Assembly: GCA_963777605.1 (NCBI GenBank)
Contig: CAVZRV010000010.1
Coordinates: 416,001-480,000, forward strand
DNA length: 64,000 nt
Origin: an uncultured Acidobacteriota bacterium
Lineage (GTDB): Bacteria; Acidobacteriota; UBA6911; RPQK01; JAPXNP01
Direction: 5' to 3'
Position numbers and translations under genes: made by a program. Below are positions 58,906-64,000 of the stretch, piece by piece. Positions within the stretch are counted from its first letter, which is position 1, and each line of letters opens with the position of its first letter. The notes below the pieces were generated by a model, which was given only the letters and a program-made list of their open reading frames with translations, made no database searches and had not been told where the DNA came from.

Positions 58906-61479
58906 TTATCGCAAACCCTGCGAAGATCGGAAGAGCTTGTCGGCCGACTGGAGAACTTTGAGCCGCAGTCGCTGCGGCAGATCCGGGTTGCCCTCCAGGT
59001 AATTCTCAACCGCCTCCGCCAGTTTCCCGGAGGACTTCCCCCAGAGCAGTGAATCCAGCCACCGTTTGGGGAAGAAGATGGAACCTTTCCGCTCTGCCTC
59101 CGGAAGCAATTCGAGGCCGGCTGCTGCGTTGGCAACTCCCTCTTCGCCGCGCAGCGGGTGGGTCAACAATTGCACCGATTTCAAAGCCCAGGTCTCCCGA
59201 ACGCTGCCGATCGACTCGAGAATCGACCGGAAGAAAGCTTCGCGCTCCGATGCTTCCGATGCAACCGCCGTCCGCACGAACTCGAATTCTTTGACTCGTT
59301 CGGGGTTGTTGATGTTGGACGCCTGGCTGTCGAGAACTTCCCTCGCCTGAGCTCCATCCAACCGGAGGGCGAGCGCGTAAGCCAGGTCGGTACGATCGTC
59401 CACTCCCAACTGGAGGCCCGAAATCTCGGTTGTTCGATTCCAGATATCGATCAACCGCTTCACACTGTCTCGAGAAATTGCGACGGACTGCAGTGTCTTC
59501 AGGTAAGCCTTCTTCGCTCCCGCGGCCGGAGAATTGAGCAGGCCGTTCCAGAGCATCGCCTCCATTCGAGATACCGCATCCTGGTCCCGGCGATCGCCGT
59601 AGAGCCAGAATCCCTCTCTCAGCAGTCCGAGCAGGAACTCGCACAAGAGTTCGTCAGGCTCCCGGGGAACCTGGGCAACCAGGGCAAGGTTGTAGCGCTT
59701 CCCCTCGAGCCGGCCTTCGAGCACCTCATCCCAGATCGACAACCAGGCCTGGGCCCGGGCCGCCGGGCTTGCGAGCTGCCCGACCTGGTCAAGCAGAAGC
59801 CGGATCGAGTCCGAGTCGAGGCGGAAGTAGGCATAGCCGGCGGGGCTGATGTTCGGCAGCCGCAGTGCACCGGTCGGGTCACCCAACGCCAGATCCACGG
59901 ACACGGCGGAGCTCTCCAGAAAAACCGGGGCCCGCGATACGGCCCCGTTTTCGACGACGGCCGCGGTAATCCACTGCGGCCAGAGCCGGCCTTTGTTCGC
60001 CGGGTCCTTCTGGGTGAGCTGAAGCCCGAGGTCAGTCGCGGACGCCCGGCCCAGTTCCACCGTGGGGCGGCCCGCCTCATCGACCCACACCCCGCTCCAC
60101 TCCGCCAGGTTGCGGTCGGTCAGGCCGTCCAGGATTGAAACCAGGTCGTTCCAGTCGGCGTTGCCATTGCGGAAGCGCTCGAGGTATTGCCCGAGCCCGG
60201 TTCGGAGTGCCTCTTCGCCGATGATCTCCTCGAGCTGGCGCATCACCACCGGGGCTTTCTGATAGATGATCGCTCCATAGAGACTTGCGGCATACTTGAG
60301 GTTGTCCAACTGCTGACGGATAGGATGGGTTCCCCGACTGCGGTCCACGTCATAGGCTGCAGGCTGGTGGTCGAGCACGAAGCGGAGGTCGTGGTCGATC
60401 TCGGGGAACGACGGATCGACAATCTTCGCGGCCATGAAATTGGCGAAGACCTCCTTCATCCACACGTCGTTGAACCAGCGCATCGTCACGAGGTTCCCAA
60501 ACCACATGTGGGAAGTTTCGTGGGCGATCAGATGGGCCCGACCCAGTTCCTGCGTCTTGGTTGCCGAAGGCTCCAGCAGAAGGGACGAATCACGGTAGTA
60601 AATCGCACCAGGATGCTCCATTCCCCCAAACTGGAATGAGGGCACGAGGACAAAATCGAACTTCTGGTAGGGATACGGAATTCCAGTGTAGCTCTCCAGC
60701 CAACCCAGGGCCTGTTCATGCAGGCTCATGACGGCATCGATGTTGCGATCCACCTTTGCCTGGTCGGTTTCCCTGTGGAAAACCCGCACCACCCGCTCTC
60801 CCAAATTCCGCTCGACAACCTGGAAACGTCCCGCCGCAAAAGCGAACTGGTAGGTGCTCAGCGGATCGGTCTCGGCGAAACGGGTGGTTTTCCGCTCTCC
60901 CACGAGCATCGACCCGAGGTCCTTGCCATTTGACACCGAGGTCCAGCCCTCGGGCATGCTCAGGATGAGGCGAAACCGGGCCTTGAGGTCGGGCTGATCA
61001 AAACAGGGGAACGCGGTCGATGCGCGATCCGGAACGAACAGCGAGTACAGGTATTCGTCCCGCCGGTTCAACGCGAGGTCGGAGGGTTGGAAACTGAACT
61101 CGAAGCTGTTGGTTCCTTCGCTGAGAACGTCCGCCGGCAAAACGATTCGCCCCCGCGTGAACTGATGCGCCACCGGCCGGGCCTTCGAGGTCACCGCCTG
61201 GAGGTGATCTGCCGGGGCCTGGAAATCCAGCCCCAGCGGTTGGGTGGCGTCCAAGAGTTGGAAACGGATCGTCAGGCTTCCGCCCAACGGTTCCCCGGGC
61301 TGATCAGGAATCCGGAAGGTCAGCCCGTAGACGATATCGGAGACTCTGGTGACCCTTTCAGCAGCCAGCGCACGGGTGACCCCGTCGTAGGGATCGAGAT
61401 CCCGCTTCTCGTTCGCGCAACCCCAGGACCAGATCATGGAGAAGAGACAGAACACACCAACACCTGCTCGTTTCAGCAT
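58906..61479 (-). CDS. M1 aminopeptidase (PepN-like), probable lipoprotein
   Basis: SWGC lipobox-like; FPCFDQPDLKA, GGMEH, HETSH...E and IYQK. Confidence 0.93.
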   Translation of the reverse strand: MLKRAGVGVFCLFSMIWSWGCANEKRDLDPYDGVTRALAAERVTRVSDIVYGLTFRIPDQPGEPLGGSLTIRFQLLDATQPLGLDFQAPADHLQAVTSKARPVAHQFTRGRIVLPADVLSEGTNSFEFSFQPSDLALNRRDEYLYSLFVPDRASTAFPCFDQPDLKARFRLILSMPEGWTSVSNGKDLGSMLVGERKTTRFAETDPLSTYQFAFAAGRFQVVERNLGERVVRVFHRETDQAKVDRNIDAVMSLHEQALGWLESYTGIPYPYQKFDFVLVPSFQFGGMEHPGAIYYRDSSLLLEPSATKTQELGRAHLIAHETSHMWFGNLVTMRWFNDVWMKEVFANFMAAKIVDPSFPEIDHDLRFVLDHQPAAYDVDRSRGTHPIRQQLDNLKYAASLYGAIIYQKAPVVMRQLEEIIGEEALRTGLGQYLERFRNGNADWNDLVSILDGLTDRNLAEWSGVWVDEAGRPTVELGRASATDLGLQLTQKDPANKGRLWPQWITAAVVENGAVSRAPVFLESSAVSVDLALGDPTGALRLPNISPAGYAYFRLDSDSIRLLLDQVGQLASPAARAQAWLSIWDEVLEGRLEGKRYNLALVAQVPREPDELLCEFLLGLLREGFWLYGDRRDQDAVSRMEAMLWNGLLNSPAAGAKKAYLKTLQSVAISRDSVKRLIDIWNRTTEISGLQLGVDDRTDLAYALALRLDGAQAREVLDSQASNINNPERVKEFEFVRTAVASEASEREAFFRSILESIGSVRETWALKSVQLLTHPLRGEEGVANAAAGLELLPEAERKGSIFFPKRWLDSLLWGKSSGKLAEAVENYLEGNPDLPQRLRLKVLQSADKLFRSSQGLR

Positions 61480-61521
61480 CGTTGGTCAGGACTTTAGGCA
61501 GTCGGAGCCCAGCGAGTCAAG

Positions 61522-61692
61522 TCAGCGATCGACCTTCATCCAGAACGGCGCACTCGAAAACCAGAGGATCATTCCAACCAGCATGAACTGGGAGTGCATC
61601 TCCCACGTCATCTGTCCGTTGAGAACCAGGAAGGCCGGCACGGCCGTCAATAACAGGCCCAAAACCGAGACAACCTTGAGAAGGTTCTTCAT
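61522..61692 (-). CDS. Small two-TM membrane protein coupled to the NCS1 permease
   Basis: MKNLLKVVSVLGLLLTAVPAFLV...ILWFSSAPFWMKVDR; GGAGG RBS; ATGA overlap with the permease stop. Confidence 0.8.
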   Translation of the reverse strand: MKNLLKVVSVLGLLLTAVPAFLVLNGQMTWEMHSQFMLVGMILWFSSAPFWMKVDR

Positions 61693-63080
61693 CGCGCCAC
61701 CTCCCGGGCTCCCGCAGCCGGCCGGAGCGTCAGCCAGCTCCCTGCGGTATAGATGATCACCGTAATGAACCAGGCCGGCAGTGCCTTGAAAAAGATTTCG
61801 ACGGGGATCAGGAACGAGATCCCGATCGCGCCGACCCAGGCCAGAAATGCCGGCCAGTTGAAGAGAAGTCCGCGCTTCTCTGCGACATAACTGTCGAGTC
61901 CGAGCTTGGGGAAGAGCCAGAAATCGGCGAAAATCACCGCACCCATCGGCATCAGGAGGAGCCCGTAGAGGGCAACGAAGTCGAGCAGATTCATGACCAG
62001 CGCCGGAAAGAGCGCCGCGACCGTCGTCGCCAGCCCTGTGAAAAGAGTGACCTTCCAGCGCCTCCAGTTCGGGGTCGCGACCTGAAAGGCAAGTCCGGCC
62101 CGGTACAGTGTCGGGTTGGCGGTCGTCCAACCGGCAATCACAACGCAGACTGCACCGGCTACGCCGGCTCCGAGGTAGGCAATCGGACCAGGGGCCACGA
62201 CCCCCAGCGCCGCTGCACAGAGAATCCCCGATGCGATCCACGCAATGAAGTGACCCAGGTACATCCCCGCAGCGGAGGCAAAACCGTACTGCCACTTCTT
62301 CGCGTACCGCAGAATGGTCAGGTCGGACATCCCAATGTGCATGGCGAGGTTGCAGAACCAGGCAAAGAACATCACGTGCCAGAAGGTGAACTGAGTCTGC
62401 CCTGGAGTGACCGTTCCGGTCCAGATCTTCTCATTGGCCACTCGCCAGAAATCGCCCAGTGACGTGCACCCGAGCATCGGAAGAGCAGCGATACCTGCCG
62501 CGACAAAAACTAGAAACATCCACGGCACGCAGATCTTGGCGAACTGGGAAATCTTCTCGAATCCCAGGATCGCCAGCGCCGTGACAACAGCCCCGACCAG
62601 GAAAACCACAACCACCCAGGTGATACTCGTTGGAACGGTGTCCGAGAGCTCGGGCATGGGCATATTCAGCGGCAGGCCAACGGCCGTCGCAGCTACGGCG
62701 ATCATGGCTCCAGCCAGAAAGCAGAACATCAGTGCGTTGACGATCGAATAGAGGTAGGTCAGGTAAGGGCCGCAGATCTTCCTGAGCTGCCAGTAAAGAG
62801 TCAGGCGAGTCTTGACGGCGATCGGGGCACAGACGAAGGTCCAGCTAAGGACGGCCAGGAAGTTTCCCACGATCAGGCCCAGGAAAAGGTCGGCCGCGGT
62901 TACACCGTGGACAACAAAGAGGGGCCCGATGACAAACTCGGTCCCGGCCACGTGCTCGCCCGCGTACATCCCGAGAAAGCTCCGCAACCCGTAAAGGTGC
63001 TTCTCCGAGACCGGCTCCCGGTCGAACTCGTACATCGCGTCGAGCCGTTCCACCAACTTCGACCTGTTGTCCGCCGCCAT
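61689..63080 (-). CDS. NCS1/cytosine permease-like transporter
   Basis: About 12 TM segments; GEHVAGTEF and WTTANPTLY. Confidence 0.8.
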   Translation of the reverse strand: MAADNRSKLVERLDAMYEFDREPVSEKHLYGLRSFLGMYAGEHVAGTEFVIGPLFVVHGVTAADLFLGLIVGNFLAVLSWTFVCAPIAVKTRLTLYWQLRKICGPYLTYLYSIVNALMFCFLAGAMIAVAATAVGLPLNMPMPELSDTVPTSITWVVVVFLVGAVVTALAILGFEKISQFAKICVPWMFLVFVAAGIAALPMLGCTSLGDFWRVANEKIWTGTVTPGQTQFTFWHVMFFAWFCNLAMHIGMSDLTILRYAKKWQYGFASAAGMYLGHFIAWIASGILCAAALGVVAPGPIAYLGAGVAGAVCVVIAGWTTANPTLYRAGLAFQVATPNWRRWKVTLFTGLATTVAALFPALVMNLLDFVALYGLLLMPMGAVIFADFWLFPKLGLDSYVAEKRGLLFNWPAFLAWVGAIGISFLIPVEIFFKALPAWFITVIIYTAGSWLTLRPAAGAREVAR

Positions 63081-63167
63081 CGGCAACTCCTTCTCGTCCC
63101 TGCTATCCGCAAAAGGGTCAGCTTCGGCCTTGTGGCAGAAACACCCCGTCCGCTACCATGGGCAACC

Positions 63168-64000
63168 GTGCCCAATCACACTGCCCCCGACAATCCCAAG
63201 TCCGATCGAATTTACTACACCGATTCTTATGCGCAAGCGTTTTCTGCACGAGTGATCTCTCTGGCCGGCGGATATCCCAGCCCCGGCGTGATCCTGGAGA
63301 CGACTGCCTTTTATCCCGAATCGGGGGGACAGCCCTCCGACCGCGGGACGCTGGGACGACTGAAGATCATCGAGGTGATCGATACCGACTCGGGTATCGT
63401 CCATGTGGTGGAAGGCCCGCCCCCCGAGGTCGGAGAGGAAGTGCAGGGACGGATCGACTGGGACCGGCGTTTCGATCACATGCAACAGCACACCGGCCAG
63501 CACGTCCTCTCACAGGCGTTCATCGAAGTACTGGAAACTCCTACGATCGGCTTCCACATGGGAGAGTCGGTTTCGACCATCGACCTGGACGTCGACTCCG
63601 TCGCCCCCGAAGAGATCTCCCGGGTCGAGGCTCTGGCCAACCGGGTCGTCTTCGAGAACCGGCCGATCACGGTCCGGTTCGCCGATTCTTCCGAACAGGA
63701 AAGCCTGGGACTTCGCAAACCGTCTGAACGGTCCGGTCTGCTCAGGATCGTCGAGATCGCCGACTTCGACTGTTCGGCCTGCGGGGGAACCCATTGCAAC
63801 CAAACCGGAGAGGTCGGGCTGATCAAGGTTCGACGGCAGGAAAGGGTTCGTCAGAAAGCCCGGATTGAGTTCGTCTGCGGCTACCGTGCCCTCGCCGACT
63901 ACCAGTCGAAGACCGATCTCCTTGCGGCATCCTCCCAACTGCTGTCTATCGGCGAAGCCGATCTCCCTGCGGCGATAGAACGACAACTGGAGCAGCACAA
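63168..64000 (+). CDS. AlaX-type alanyl-tRNA editing protein (partial, runs off the window)
   Basis: IYYTDSY, FYPESGGQPSD, HMQQHTGQH and CGGTH zinc motifs, in frame from GTG 63168. Confidence 0.9.
   Translation, partial: MPNHTAPDNPKSDRIYYTDSYAQAFSARVISLAGGYPSPGVILETTAFYPESGGQPSDRGTLGRLKIIEVIDTDSGIVHVVEGPPPEVGEEVQGRIDWDRRFDHMQQHTGQHVLSQAFIEVLETPTIGFHMGESVSTIDLDVDSVAPEEISRVEALANRVVFENRPITVRFADSSEQESLGLRKPSERSGLLRIVEIADFDCSACGGTHCNQTGEVGLIKVRRQERVRQKARIEFVCGYRALADYQSKTDLLAASSQLLSIGEADLPAAIERQLEQH

Overview
GC-rich bacterial chromosomal segment, probably Acidobacteriota or a related lineage (inferred from gene content: CRTAC1/ASPIC-UnbV, DUF1080, DUF2911, CHRD and WKEI-type HTH-TM proteins, futalosine-pathway MqnD). 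About 48 genes. Housekeeping and metabolic genes include the eno 3' end, queE, class I fumarase, glgP, folB, ygfZ, an IscA/HesB gene, mqnD, fba and an AlaX-type editing gene. The window also carries secreted glycan and peptide hydrolases and several signalling proteins. I saw no rRNA, tRNA, CRISPR array, integrase or transposase. Four genes (probably five) are broken by single-base indels, mostly in short repeats, which looks like long-read consensus error rather than biology. Best candidates for undescribed systems: (1) a coupled operon of a PA2779-like exported precursor, a secreted stand-alone C39 peptidase and a TPR-POTRA-Omp85-type beta-barrel (24621-27281); (2) an orphan secretin with a ~295-aa unknown C-terminal extension, directly downstream of a TLC/Npt-type transporter-HEAT-cNMP fusion (6902-12687). 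Also flagged: a ~230-nt candidate structured RNA or MITE, a 34-aa ORF missed by the ORF track, a candidate leaderless sigma54 gene, a catalytically dead orphan HEPN, and REP-like elements. All family assignments come from reading motifs, not from database searches.
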